Source: Methanoculleus sp. (GTDB lineage: Archaea > Halobacteriota > Methanomicrobia > Methanomicrobiales > Methanoculleaceae). From it: a DNA stretch of 64,000 bases. Below the pieces are notes generated by a model. The model searched no databases, was not told the DNA's origin, and was given only the letters and a program-made list of their open reading frames with translations. The stretch spans positions 851 through 64,850 of the forward strand of contig JAGOJX010000002.1 in assembly GCA_017994915.1 (NCBI GenBank). The letters run 5' to 3'. The position numbers and the translations under genes were made by a program. The first letter of the stretch is position 1, and every line of letters begins with the position of its first letter. Shown piece by piece: positions 40,421 to 50,203 of the stretch.

Positions 40421-41862
40421 CCCTTTTTTTGGGACGGGAGAACGGGCACCTCGCCCACGAGAAGCGACTCCCAGTAGTCGCGGTTATTGATGCACCCGGG
40501 GTCCGGCGCGTGGATATCCCCGAAGTATGCCCACCCGCGGGCCCTGCACCCGCCGCATATGTACTTGTTCCCGCAATCGGCGCATGCCCCGGAGAGCAGG
40601 CTCCTGTCCCGCAACTTCTGCAGCACCTCCGCTGAGTGCCATATTTCAAGGAACGGCGTATCCCGGACGTTTCCGACGACGATCGGCATGAAGACGCAGG
40701 GTTGGACGTTTCCTTCGGGCTCGATGCTGCAGTAGAGCCTCCCTGCGCCGCACCCGCCGATGAAGTCGGCAAGAAGCCCGGTCTTCCCCTCGATCGCCTC
40801 CCCGGCGTAAAAGTGCCCGACAGGAACCCCTTTCTCATCGGCAACCGCCACGGCCGCGATCTGCGGGGCGGTGGTGAGCGCCTCAGGACCCTTTCCCTCC
40901 CGTGTCCGGGCCATCAGGTAGCGCATAAGATCTCTGCGCTCTTCCGGGGATATATCCTGGCCGGCCATATCCACGCCCCTCCCCGTCGGTATGAAGTTGA
41001 AGCACATGAGCCGGTTCACACCGAGGTCCGATGCAAGGGCGTAGATATCCGGGACCTCGGCGTAGTTCGCCCGGGTGACCGTGGTTGCGATGCAGGTGTA
41101 GAACCCCGCCGCGACGGAGTTCCTGACGCCTGCGATGGTCCGGTCGAACGCGCCCGGGATGCCCCGCATGGCATCGTGGCTCGCTGCATCCTTCCCATCC
41201 ACGGATATCTCCACGTACTCGACGCCGGCACCCTTGATCCGCCCCGCCATCTCCGGTGTGATGAGGGTGCCGTTTGAGGCGAGCGCCACGTATATGTCGT
41301 GTTTGTGGGCATGGGCGGCCACTTCGAAGAAGTCCTTTCGCATGAGAGGCTCTCCGCCCGAAAAGGCGATGACCACCACGCCGGCATCCGCAAGTTCCTC
41401 GACGAGACGTTTCGCCTCATCGGTATCGAGTTCGTGGGGGAGGGCTTTCTGCGCGTCCTGGTAGCAGTGGGCGCAGCGAAGGTTGCACCTGTGGGTGAAG
41501 TCCCAGACCACCATGAAGGGGGCGTTCACGATCTGGGGCATGGTGATGCCGTAGCGGGCGATACCGGAGAGCACGTTCTGGAGCCCCCGTAAAAATACGG
41601 TCTCGGAGAGACCTTTCTTGATGTCATCCTCGCTCACCCCGAAGAGGTCGCTGCTCCGGCGGAGGGTGAGCCCCACCATATGGCCCGCGAGCCGACACCT
41701 CCAGCATAACCCGTCGTTCTGGTCAAGGTAATATCGAATCGCGTTATCGAGGCGATTTCCACACTCATCATCCCGGGCGATGAACCGGAGGAGGGCACGG
41801 GCAACCGGGTTTCCGAGCCACCGCCGGACCGCCGGAAGCGCATTAATACGGTCATCTGTCAT
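40417..41862 (-). CDS. Radical SAM/SPASM protein with an N-terminal extension
   Basis: CNLRCAHC, SGGEP, SPASM GCGAG..QPC..CADC..ICGGC..DPGC. Confidence 0.92.
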   Translation of the reverse strand: MTDDRINALPAVRRWLGNPVARALLRFIARDDECGNRLDNAIRYYLDQNDGLCWRCRLAGHMVGLTLRRSSDLFGVSEDDIKKGLSETVFLRGLQNVLSGIARYGITMPQIVNAPFMVVWDFTHRCNLRCAHCYQDAQKALPHELDTDEAKRLVEELADAGVVVIAFSGGEPLMRKDFFEVAAHAHKHDIYVALASNGTLITPEMAGRIKGAGVEYVEISVDGKDAASHDAMRGIPGAFDRTIAGVRNSVAAGFYTCIATTVTRANYAEVPDIYALASDLGVNRLMCFNFIPTGRGVDMAGQDISPEERRDLMRYLMARTREGKGPEALTTAPQIAAVAVADEKGVPVGHFYAGEAIEGKTGLLADFIGGCGAGRLYCSIEPEGNVQPCVFMPIVVGNVRDTPFLEIWHSAEVLQKLRDRSLLSGACADCGNKYICGGCRARGWAYFGDIHAPDPGCINNRDYWESLLVGEVPVLPSQKKG

Positions 41863-41971
41863 TGCCTGCTCATCTCTCCTGCACCCGGGGATGGCATTAT
41901 CCGGGGGTGATCCGGATCACCCCGGAGGGCTGAGATGGCTTAAAGGTTGCCCGCCGAAACCTCCGATGCTC

Positions 41972-42643
41972 TCACCCTCGAGTTCTGCCGAACAGCCGCG
42001 GCGAGACCGCGAGCGCGGAGCCGAGGATGAGGCCGGCAAGGACCGGAGAGAGGGCGAACGCCCCGGGGGCGGTGACGAGTGCTGCATGAAGGTACCAGAA
42101 CGGGAGGAGCCCCTGCGTATGCGGGGCGGGCGCGACGAGTCCGGAGAGGACGATCGCTGCCATGACCGTGATGATGGCGTAGAGGTGCCCCTCGCTGGAC
42201 GAGCCCGGGGCGACCGCCGCCAGGACGCCGAGGGCGTTTGCCGCAACCACGGCGGAGGCGAATGCTCCGGCCACGCAGAAAACGACTTCCGGGGCCGGGG
42301 GATGCAGGATCAGGAAGACGGCGAGAGGGATGGCTATCTGTGCCAGATCGAGGAGAGCGTTTGCGAGTATGTATCCGGCGATCAGCCGACGGGGGGAGAT
42401 GGGCAGCATGGCCATCCGGTCGAGCATGCCGCTCTCGCGGATGCGGACGAGCCCGATCGACGACCCGAATATGCCGGAGAAGATGATGGCGACCGTGATG
42501 CCGGCGGCCTGCAGGGAGACGGGCAGATCGGCGAGTATGAGGGGGAGCAGGAGCCCCGCCGGCAGGACGAACTTGAGGAGGAGCCCCCGGCGGTTCCGGA
42601 GGTCTTCAAGGATCTCCTTTCTGAAGAACGAGTCAGGGTGCAT
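41972..42643 (-). CDS. ABC-2 type exporter permease
   Basis: About 6 TM segments, RESGMLDRMAMLP motif, overlaps the ABC ATPase gene. Confidence 0.85.
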   Translation of the reverse strand: MHPDSFFRKEILEDLRNRRGLLLKFVLPAGLLLPLILADLPVSLQAAGITVAIIFSGIFGSSIGLVRIRESGMLDRMAMLPISPRRLIAGYILANALLDLAQIAIPLAVFLILHPPAPEVVFCVAGAFASAVVAANALGVLAAVAPGSSSEGHLYAIITVMAAIVLSGLVAPAPHTQGLLPFWYLHAALVTAPGAFALSPVLAGLILGSALAVSPRLFGRTRG

Positions 42644-43571
42644 CCGCTCCCTCCTTCGTGTACGCGAGGAAGACATCCGGGAGCCCCGGGGCATGGAGAT
42701 CGACGCCCACGACCACCCCGCCCTCCCCCGCCACCGCGTGGACGACCCGGGCGAGGAGGGATGAGTGCCCGGATGCATCCGGCGCGGCTATAACCGTCAC
42801 GTGAAACCCGTCCTCCCGCTCCTCCGTGCCCACGCCCTCGATGCCGGAAACCTGCCCGAGCGGCCGGGGATCGATCGGCGCCTTCAGCCGGAGGTCGATC
42901 GTCACCGTAGCGCCGAGCGATCCGACGAGCACGGACGGTTCTCCCGCGACGAGCATCCTGCCCCGGTCAAAGAGGGCGACCCGGTGGGCAAGATCGGCCG
43001 CCTCGTTCACGTCGTTTGTGGAGAAGACGATCGCAGCACCCCCCCGGGCCGCCTCGCGGAGGAGACCGGCAAGGGTGACCCGCGCCCGGTAATCCAGGCC
43101 GATCGAGGGCTCATCCAGCAGGATGAGGGAGGGTTCGTGCGCCAGGGCCTCGATAAGGCCGAGTTTTCGCCGCATCCCATACGAGTAAGTAGAGACCGGG
43201 TCATCCCATCGATCCCGGAGGTCGAGAAGCGAGAAGAGCGACTCGAGCCGGTCGTGCGCCGCGCCTGGTTCCATGCCGTAGGAGCGGGCGAAGAACCGGG
43301 CGTTCTCGTAGCCGGTGAGCGCCTCCCAGTGGGCGGTATGGTCAAAGAGCATACCGGTTCGGCGCATCATCGCCCGGCCGTTTGCCGGGAGCAGAACAGT
43401 CCCCTCGTCGGGGGGGATGAGCCGGGCGATGACTTTGAGCAGGGTGGACTTCCCCGACCCGTTGGGGCCGAGGAGGCCGAGGCTCTCCCCCTTCCCCACA
43501 TCGAGGGTGACACCGTCGAGCGCCCGGACGGACCCGAACCGTTTCGTCACGTCCCGCAGGGCGACAGCCAT
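42633..43571 (-). CDS. ABC exporter ATP-binding subunit
   Basis: GPNGSGKS, YSYGM, LLDEP. Confidence 0.93.
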   Translation of the reverse strand: MAVALRDVTKRFGSVRALDGVTLDVGKGESLGLLGPNGSGKSTLLKVIARLIPPDEGTVLLPANGRAMMRRTGMLFDHTAHWEALTGYENARFFARSYGMEPGAAHDRLESLFSLLDLRDRWDDPVSTYSYGMRRKLGLIEALAHEPSLILLDEPSIGLDYRARVTLAGLLREAARGGAAIVFSTNDVNEAADLAHRVALFDRGRMLVAGEPSVLVGSLGATVTIDLRLKAPIDPRPLGQVSGIEGVGTEEREDGFHVTVIAAPDASGHSSLLARVVHAVAGEGGVVVGVDLHAPGLPDVFLAYTKEGADAP

Positions 43572-43580
43572 CCCTCCCCC

Positions 43581-43781
43581 TCACCGGAACTCAAGGTGCG
43601 TGGACCGGGTAACCCGCACCGCTCCATCGGGCACGGTCTCTGCGACTTCATAGACGAGGATCCGGTCGCCCGGGCGGATGGTCTGCCCCACGATCCGTCC
43701 CTGCAGGATATGCCGGTGAAAGTCCGGGGCAAACCTCTTTGTCGGGGTAAAGACCACCACCCGGGCATCAGGGACCTGCAT
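43581..43781 (-). CDS. Small stand-alone CDC48/VAT N-domain-2-like protein (66 aa)
   Basis: ILQGRIVGQTIRPGDRI..EVAETVPDGAVRVTRSTHLEF pattern; RBS gaggtgg. Confidence 0.6.
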   Translation of the reverse strand: MQVPDARVVVFTPTKRFAPDFHRHILQGRIVGQTIRPGDRILVYEVAETVPDGAVRVTRSTHLEFR

Positions 43782-44982
43782 CCTGACCACCTCCCCTGCC
43801 GGACCGCCGGGCCACGTCCCGGACGGCATCCTCCGTGACCCGGGAGAGGCCCCGGGCCCGGACATGCTCTTCGACCGCCATCCGTGCCATCTTCCGCGCA
43901 AACGGCGGCACCCGCGAGAGGACCTGCTCCGCCTCCGGCGTCCAGGGTATTGCGTCGCGGGGCAGGTCCGGCATCGTGACCGGGGTCTCTCTCGGCGCGA
44001 CGACGAGGACGTTCGTGGTGCTCATCCGGGCAAGGTTCAGGGTGTTCGACCCTATCAGCGACTCCTCTTCCCGGTGCAGCCCGTAGCGCCCGAGGACGAG
44101 GAGCCCCGCCCCTCTGGCCGCGGCGTAGTGGTGCACCTGCGGGCAGACCCTGCCGGCGACGACCGCCGTGTGGACCCGGGCGCCCAGGGCTTGCGCGAGG
44201 GCCGCCCCGCGTTCCAGGTTTCGCCGGTAGAGGTGTTCAAGCCCCCGGTCGATGATCTCGTCGTGGAGTTGCTCCTGGGCCGGGAAGTTGAACCGGCGCT
44301 GCGCCTCCTCCGGCAGGGCGCCGGCGATGACGGGAAAGACTGCGGAGTGAAAGAACGGATCGTAGACGGCCACCGCCTCGAGCGGCGTATCATGAGCCGC
44401 GGCGATAGAAGCCGCACATTCGAGGGCTGCGTAGCTCGCGTCGCTCCCGTCCACGCCCACGACGACCGGGCGGTTCTTCAGGCTCCAGGGCCTCCGGACC
44501 AGAAGGAGGTCGCCCGTGCCGGCATACAGGAGAACCCGCTCGGCAAGGCCCCCGAGGGGCACCTCCGGCGTCTGCCCGTGCCCGGTCGCGCCGAGCACCG
44601 CAAGATCCGGCCGGCGCTCCCGGATGAGGCGGAGAACCTCGACGTATCCCCTCCCTTCGGCTATGACCGGTTCGAAGGGGATACCCTGTGCGGCGGCCTT
44701 CTCCGCCAGCGGCGCGAGGTAGGCATCCGATATGAGCGCCATGCCCCCGGATATCAGGTCGTCGTGCGTCGCCCGCAGGTCATCGAGCCGTTCTTCTTCC
44801 TGGTACTGCCCGGGAAGGCCGGGCTCCATATCCTCAAAGCGCTGCCGGTGCATCCGGGCGGCATACACGTGGCAGCCGGTGCACCTGCCCCTGCCACCGG
44901 CAGTAAGGGAGAGAGCTGCATCCCCCGCCAGGTCTGAACAGGGAGAGCCGTCCACCCCTACGAATATCTGCTGGTACATCAT
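43768..44982 (-). CDS. Tandem universal stress protein domains plus a C-terminal protochlorophyllide-reductase (PCP_red)-like domain
   Basis: Two VGVDGS starts, G..G..GS motifs, tail WTPEAEQVLSRVPPFARKMARMAVEE. Confidence 0.85.
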   Translation of the reverse strand: MMYQQIFVGVDGSPCSDLAGDAALSLTAGGRGRCTGCHVYAARMHRQRFEDMEPGLPGQYQEEERLDDLRATHDDLISGGMALISDAYLAPLAEKAAAQGIPFEPVIAEGRGYVEVLRLIRERRPDLAVLGATGHGQTPEVPLGGLAERVLLYAGTGDLLLVRRPWSLKNRPVVVGVDGSDASYAALECAASIAAAHDTPLEAVAVYDPFFHSAVFPVIAGALPEEAQRRFNFPAQEQLHDEIIDRGLEHLYRRNLERGAALAQALGARVHTAVVAGRVCPQVHHYAAARGAGLLVLGRYGLHREEESLIGSNTLNLARMSTTNVLVVAPRETPVTMPDLPRDAIPWTPEAEQVLSRVPPFARKMARMAVEEHVRARGLSRVTEDAVRDVARRSGRGGGQDAGP

Positions 44983-45065
44983 GCACACCCGTCATCCTGG
45001 ATGACAGGGATAAGAGCGGCACAAACGGCATAAATGCTTTGGGTGATATTTTGCAGAAGTCCCGG

Positions 45066-47315
45066 TCAGGTGTCGGCCGGGATGAGGACGGTATCGATTC
45101 CCTGGATGACACCGTTGTCAGTCATGATATCAGGGATCGCGATCGTGGCGTTCTCCACCCTGACGACCGTTCCGGTAGCGTTTATGGTGAGGTTTTCGCC
45201 CTGCAGGGTCCGGAGCGTCGATACGTTCTTGAGATCGGCGAGCGTGGAGGAACCGTTCACGATGTGGTAGAGCACGATGTCCTTACTGTCGCGGGAACCG
45301 TTCAGGATCGGTTCGCGGATATCGGGGTCCATCCGCTCGAATGCATCATCGGTCGGGGCGAACACCGTGTATGGTCCCGGGCCCTCAAGCGTGGCGGCGA
45401 CGCCGGTCGACCGGAGGAGGCCTGTGAACAGGGTGAAGTTCCCGAACGCGGGGGTCTCCTCGAAGGGGATGCCGGTCTCGGTCAATGCAAGGACTTCCAT
45501 GATGTTTTCGGCGGGGTCCGATGAAGAGAGGGAGGAGAGGGGTTTTGCACCCGCTCCCATTCCTCCTCCTACAGGTGTGGTGCCGGTCTGGTTTTCGGTC
45601 TGGTTCTCTGCCTCCACAGTCGGCGTGACCTCGAGCGCCCCCGCACCCAGGGCCGGGTTGACGATGGTGGGCGGCACGATCTTCCAGACCTTGCCGGTGC
45701 TGGTAGAGGCATCAGGGCCTCCCACGTCGCTTGTCAGCACGTACATGTCCAGGTCGGCATCCTCGCCAAACCCGCGGAGGAACATGCCCAGGGTATCGCT
45801 GTTTTGTGCGGTGGCGTTCACTATCTGGGCCTGCCACATGGCGTTATCTTCCGGCGTCAGACCTGCGGCGGTCGGCGGCAGTGCGCCCTCGGCCCACCCT
45901 GCCGGCGGCGTGGCGGCAAGGAGGGTGCCGTTTCCTACCGTCCGGCTGTCGCTCCAGTAGCCGAATATGTACCTGCCCTGGAGCCCGACGACAGTGTTTC
46001 CGCGATAGACATCACCGCCGACGATCACGATGCCGAGATCGTGGCCGCCCTCAAAGATGGGGCCGATCAGGGGTTCTCCCAGAAGGCCGGTGCTGTTGCA
46101 GGACTCTCCCGGGGCCGTGGGGGCGTTCGGGTCGAAGCAGTGCGTCCCTTCGCGGATGTTCCAGCCGTAGTTCCCGCCGTTCAGGACAATTAAGACGGAC
46201 TCAAAGAGGTTCTGGCCTGCCATGGCGACGTAGAGCGCGTTGCCGTCGCTGGCGTCAAAAGCCATGTAGGCGGGGTTCCGGAATCCGTAGGCGTATATCT
46301 CCTGTGGAACTGTCTTGTAAGCGTAGGAGTCGAGGATCTCGGGCTGATTCTCGGCGAACGGGTTGTCGGGCGGTATGCCGTAGAGGCTGCCGGCAGACGT
46401 CGTCCACGTCGGCTCGGGTGGGTTCTCCGTCCGGTTGGCGCTCGCGCCCCCGGTCTGGTTCTCGGTCTGGTTCTGCTGAACTATCGTAACCCCGGTGGCG
46501 GTGCTGTCCACATCGATCCGGAGGATCTTGCCGTAGATCTTCGTGAGATCCTGGGCGTTCCCGATACCGGGGGTATGCCCGTTCCCGACATCGTTTGCCT
46601 TCCCGCCGTCGCCGACCGATATGTAGAGGTAGCCGTCGGCGGGGCCGAAGGCGAGCACGCCGCCGTTGTGGTTCTCGTAAGGTTTGTCGATGTACATCAG
46701 GACTTTCTCGGACGACATGTTCACGGTGTTCGGATTATCGGGATCGACCTGGAACTCGGATATGTGATTCGTGCAGCTCCAGCCCTCGGGGGCTTCCGGT
46801 CTTAAGGGCGCGCTGTAGAAAGCGTAGACCTTGCCGTTGTTCCTGTAATTGGGGTGGAACGCTATGGAGAGCAGGCCGCGTTCATCGTAGGTCGGGTCGA
46901 GTTTCACGAGGTTATCCCGGAGGTCCAGGAACGGTTCGGGGAGTTCGGTCCCGTTTACATCGACGATCTTTGCGACCCCGATCTGGTCCACGACAAAGAG
47001 CCGCCCGGTCCCGTCGTCGGGCGACGTGACCATCATGGGCGCGGTGAAGTTCTCACCGATGAGCTCAAGGCCGATATCGGCCGTAAAACTCGGGATGGGT
47101 GCCAGGTTCGTCAGGGATTCGTTGTTCTGAAACGTCGCGGCAAGCGAGTCGCCGGCGTTCGTGAGGTCCGTTACGTTGCCGGGCGTGCTCTGCGTCGTCT
47201 GGTTGGAACTCTCGTTGGTACTGCTTGCATTGCTCAATCCCGCCTGTTGTGCACCCACGCCCGCAATGAGTGCGATGATGAGGAGGGATGCTATGACAAG
47301 GGTAACTTTTGTCAT
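45066..47315 (-). CDS. Secreted GSDH (PQQ-dependent sugar dehydrogenase/HHIP-like) propeller plus fasciclin (FAS1) domain
   Basis: Signal peptide, ERGLLSIAFHP, NHNGG, GKILRID, YAYGFRNP, GGNYGW; FAS1 motifs YTVFAPTDDAF and NGVIQGIDTVL. Confidence 0.88.
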   Translation of the reverse strand: MTKVTLVIASLLIIALIAGVGAQQAGLSNASSTNESSNQTTQSTPGNVTDLTNAGDSLAATFQNNESLTNLAPIPSFTADIGLELIGENFTAPMMVTSPDDGTGRLFVVDQIGVAKIVDVNGTELPEPFLDLRDNLVKLDPTYDERGLLSIAFHPNYRNNGKVYAFYSAPLRPEAPEGWSCTNHISEFQVDPDNPNTVNMSSEKVLMYIDKPYENHNGGVLAFGPADGYLYISVGDGGKANDVGNGHTPGIGNAQDLTKIYGKILRIDVDSTATGVTIVQQNQTENQTGGASANRTENPPEPTWTTSAGSLYGIPPDNPFAENQPEILDSYAYKTVPQEIYAYGFRNPAYMAFDASDGNALYVAMAGQNLFESVLIVLNGGNYGWNIREGTHCFDPNAPTAPGESCNSTGLLGEPLIGPIFEGGHDLGIVIVGGDVYRGNTVVGLQGRYIFGYWSDSRTVGNGTLLAATPPAGWAEGALPPTAAGLTPEDNAMWQAQIVNATAQNSDTLGMFLRGFGEDADLDMYVLTSDVGGPDASTSTGKVWKIVPPTIVNPALGAGALEVTPTVEAENQTENQTGTTPVGGGMGAGAKPLSSLSSSDPAENIMEVLALTETGIPFEETPAFGNFTLFTGLLRSTGVAATLEGPGPYTVFAPTDDAFERMDPDIREPILNGSRDSKDIVLYHIVNGSSTLADLKNVSTLRTLQGENLTINATGTVVRVENATIAIPDIMTDNGVIQGIDTVLIPADT

Positions 47316-47547
47316 GCGGGTCCGGACATGGCACGAGAATATATAATGGTTGTGCCGGATCGTCTGACGTTATCCGGGGCATAGAGGGTCAGGATTGAGA
47401 GAACACGTTTTTTTGCCGGTATCCCGCACCATCGGATGATCTGCCGTCATCCCTGCGGTGCGACCAAAGACCGCCCGCGAGGTCATACGACCCCACTCCC
47501 CATTCCGCGCCGGCGTTCGTACCGCCCTGAAAGATCTTTCAGCGCGG

Positions 47548-49974
47548 TCAGGAGAGGTTTGCTGCCCCGCCCGTGTCGGCCGGGAGCAGCACCCGGTTGA
47601 TACCCTGGATGGCTCCGTTCTTTGCGACGAGATCGGGGATGATGATCGTGGCGTTGCCAACCCGGGTCTCGTTGCCGGTTGCATTCACGGTGAGGTTGCT
47701 TCCCGCGAGGGTGACGAGCGTGGTCTCGTTACGAAGGGCGCTCTCTGTATACGATCCCGGCACGATATGGTTCAGGGCGACTGCGGTGCGGTTTATTGCT
47801 CCCGACTGGTTGCCCGTCGTCTTGGTCAGGGCGTTCATATCGTCGGGAGGAAGCTCTACGAATGCCCCATCGGTCGGGGCAAAGACGGTGTACGAATCGT
47901 TGCCCTGGAGGACCTGGTTCACCCCCGTCGTCTGGAGGAGATCGATGAAGATCGTGAAGTTGCCGTAGACAGGTGTCTCTTCAAAGGGGATGGCCGTCTC
48001 GGTCGCCTGGAGAAGCTCCCAGACGGTTCGATCGCCGGCGGGCGGCTCCAGGAGATCCCATATCTGGCTGACCTGGCCATGGTCGGGCGTCACGGCCAAA
48101 GAGGAAGAGGGGGTGGTCCCCGCTCCCGCTGTCGTGTTGGTCGTGGTCGCGTTTCCAGCCGTTGTGGTCGCATTTCCAGCTGTCGTCGTTGCATTTCCAG
48201 CCGCTGCACCCTGCGACGGCACGAACTTCCAGAGGTTGCCCGTCTGCGTGGACGAGTTCGGGCCACCGATGGTGTTGGTCAGCAGGTAGATCTCGTTATC
48301 GTTGTCCCGGCTGATCGAGCGGACGAACTCGTTCAAACGCCCGGTCTCGTTGCTGGGAGGACCGGTGACCTTCAGCTCCTGAAGGGTCCACATGGCGTTG
48401 TCCTCCGGTGTGAGCTCCTCTGCCGAGGTTGGGATCTTCTCCTCCCAGCCGTCCGGTGGCGTGGCCACGAAGAGTATGCCGTTGGGCGTCACGTAGTTGT
48501 TGGGTGAGCTCCAGGAACCGAAGACATACCTTCCGGCGAAGTCCGGGAGGTCCTTACCGCGGTAGATCTCTCCACCGACGATCACGTTGCCGACGTCATG
48601 CCCGTACTCGACAACGGGGCCGATCAGGGGTTCGCCCTGGTATCCGGTCCTGTTGCAGGTTGCCGGGGGCTGTAGCGAGTTGTTCGCGTCGAAGCAGTGG
48701 GTGCCCTCGCGGATGTTCCAGCCGTAGTTTCCACCATTCACCACATCCAGGACGGACTCAAAGAGATCCTGGCCTGCCATCGATATGATGAGCGCGTGTT
48801 TGCCTCCTGAGTCAAAGGCCATGTAGGCGGGATTCCGGAACCCGTAGGCGTAGATCTCGGGAGGAATCTCTTTGTAAGCGTAAGTCTTGAGGATGGGCGG
48901 CTTATCGGTGGCGAAGGGGTTGTCCGGCGGTATGCTGTAGAGACGGCCTGCGGCAGTCGTCCAGGTGGGGTTCACCGGCTGGAAGAATCCCCGGAAGTCC
49001 TTGGTCATCTCGGTCTCGTTGACTACCGCTCCGCCGGTCTGGTTTCCGGTCTGGTTCCCGGTCTGGTTTCCGGTCTGGTTCCCGGTCTGGTTCCCGGTCT
49101 GGTTTCCACCGCTGACATCGATCCGCAGAACTTTGCCGTAGATCTTCGTGAGATCCTGTGCGTTGCCGATCAACGGGTTGTGGGCATCGCCGACATCGTT
49201 CCCTTTCCCGATGTCGCCGACTGATATGTAGAGGTATCCGTCGTTGGGAGAGAAGTCAAGCTCGCCGCCGTTGTGGTTCTCGTACGACTTGTCGATGTAC
49301 ATCAGGATCTTCTCGGAGGAGACGTTCACCTTGTCCGGATTACCGGGGTCGACCTGGAACTCGGATATGTGATTCGTGCAGCTCCAGCCGGCCGGCGCTC
49401 CCTCTCGGAGTGGTGCGCTGTAGAAGGCGTAAACCTTGCCGTTCGTCTGGAAGTCAGGGTGGAATGCTATCGAGAGCAGGCCACGTTCGTCGTAGGTTGG
49501 AGAGAGGTTTGCGAGGTTGTTCCGGAGGTCCAGGAACGGTTCCTCTGAGACAGTTCCGTTTGCATCCACGATCTTCACCACGCCGATCTGGTCGACGACA
49601 TAGAGCCGGCCGGAGTCATCGCCCGGTGCCGTCGTCACCATCATCGGCGCGGTGGTGAAGTTGTCCACTACAAGTTTCAGGCTCACCTCTGGAGTGAACC
49701 CGGAGACATTTCCAAACGTCGTTACCGTAGTATTGTTTGTGAATTTCACTGCCTGCGGGGCATCCGCATTGGTGAGGTCGGAGGCATTCGCCCCACCTGC
49801 AGGCGTCGTCGCCGCCGGCGATGCGGTAGTGTTGTTCGCCCCGCCTGCAGGCGTCGTCGCCGCCGGCGACGTAGTAGTGTTGTTCGCCCCTCCCTGCTGG
49901 GCTGCCACGCCTCCGATGAGGCACAGGCAGATCGCTATCGCAAGGAAGGCCATACGCTGTGTATGAGGTCTCAT
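47548..49974 (-). CDS. Secreted GSDH-like propeller plus fasciclin domain (paralog 2)
   Basis: Same motifs as 45066..47315, with a GNQT repeat insert. Start chosen at MRPHTQR from the shared leader. Confidence 0.88.
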   Translation of the reverse strand: MRPHTQRMAFLAIAICLCLIGGVAAQQGGANNTTTSPAATTPAGGANNTTASPAATTPAGGANASDLTNADAPQAVKFTNNTTVTTFGNVSGFTPEVSLKLVVDNFTTAPMMVTTAPGDDSGRLYVVDQIGVVKIVDANGTVSEEPFLDLRNNLANLSPTYDERGLLSIAFHPDFQTNGKVYAFYSAPLREGAPAGWSCTNHISEFQVDPGNPDKVNVSSEKILMYIDKSYENHNGGELDFSPNDGYLYISVGDIGKGNDVGDAHNPLIGNAQDLTKIYGKVLRIDVSGGNQTGNQTGNQTGNQTGNQTGNQTGGAVVNETEMTKDFRGFFQPVNPTWTTAAGRLYSIPPDNPFATDKPPILKTYAYKEIPPEIYAYGFRNPAYMAFDSGGKHALIISMAGQDLFESVLDVVNGGNYGWNIREGTHCFDANNSLQPPATCNRTGYQGEPLIGPVVEYGHDVGNVIVGGEIYRGKDLPDFAGRYVFGSWSSPNNYVTPNGILFVATPPDGWEEKIPTSAEELTPEDNAMWTLQELKVTGPPSNETGRLNEFVRSISRDNDNEIYLLTNTIGGPNSSTQTGNLWKFVPSQGAAAGNATTTAGNATTTAGNATTTNTTAGAGTTPSSSLAVTPDHGQVSQIWDLLEPPAGDRTVWELLQATETAIPFEETPVYGNFTIFIDLLQTTGVNQVLQGNDSYTVFAPTDGAFVELPPDDMNALTKTTGNQSGAINRTAVALNHIVPGSYTESALRNETTLVTLAGSNLTVNATGNETRVGNATIIIPDLVAKNGAIQGINRVLLPADTGGAANLS
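49033..49108 (-). repeat. 12-bp coding tandem repeat (GNQT x6)
   Basis: ccggtctggtt(t/c) repeats. Confidence 0.9.
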
Positions 49975-50203
49975 ACGAGGCGGGGGGATAGAGGTCATAT
50001 GTTATATACGTTCCGGGATGCCGGGGGTGTGAGGCACTCCCGGGGATCTGTGCATGTGCGGCCGTTCTCCTCACTCTTGAGAATCCCTCCTCCCCGGCGA
50101 GGCGGCAGGCCGTGACCCCGGCCCCGGGCCGGGGGGCGATCGAGCAGCGGGGAGAGGCACGCTCTCTTCCTCCCCCGGCCCGGGTCACGGGGGATGGCAC
50201 CGA

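Noticed and set aside
40417-41862. Annotation as pqqE
   Set aside because: No pqqA (ExxxY), pqqB, pqqC or pqqD is visible; only generic SPASM motifs.
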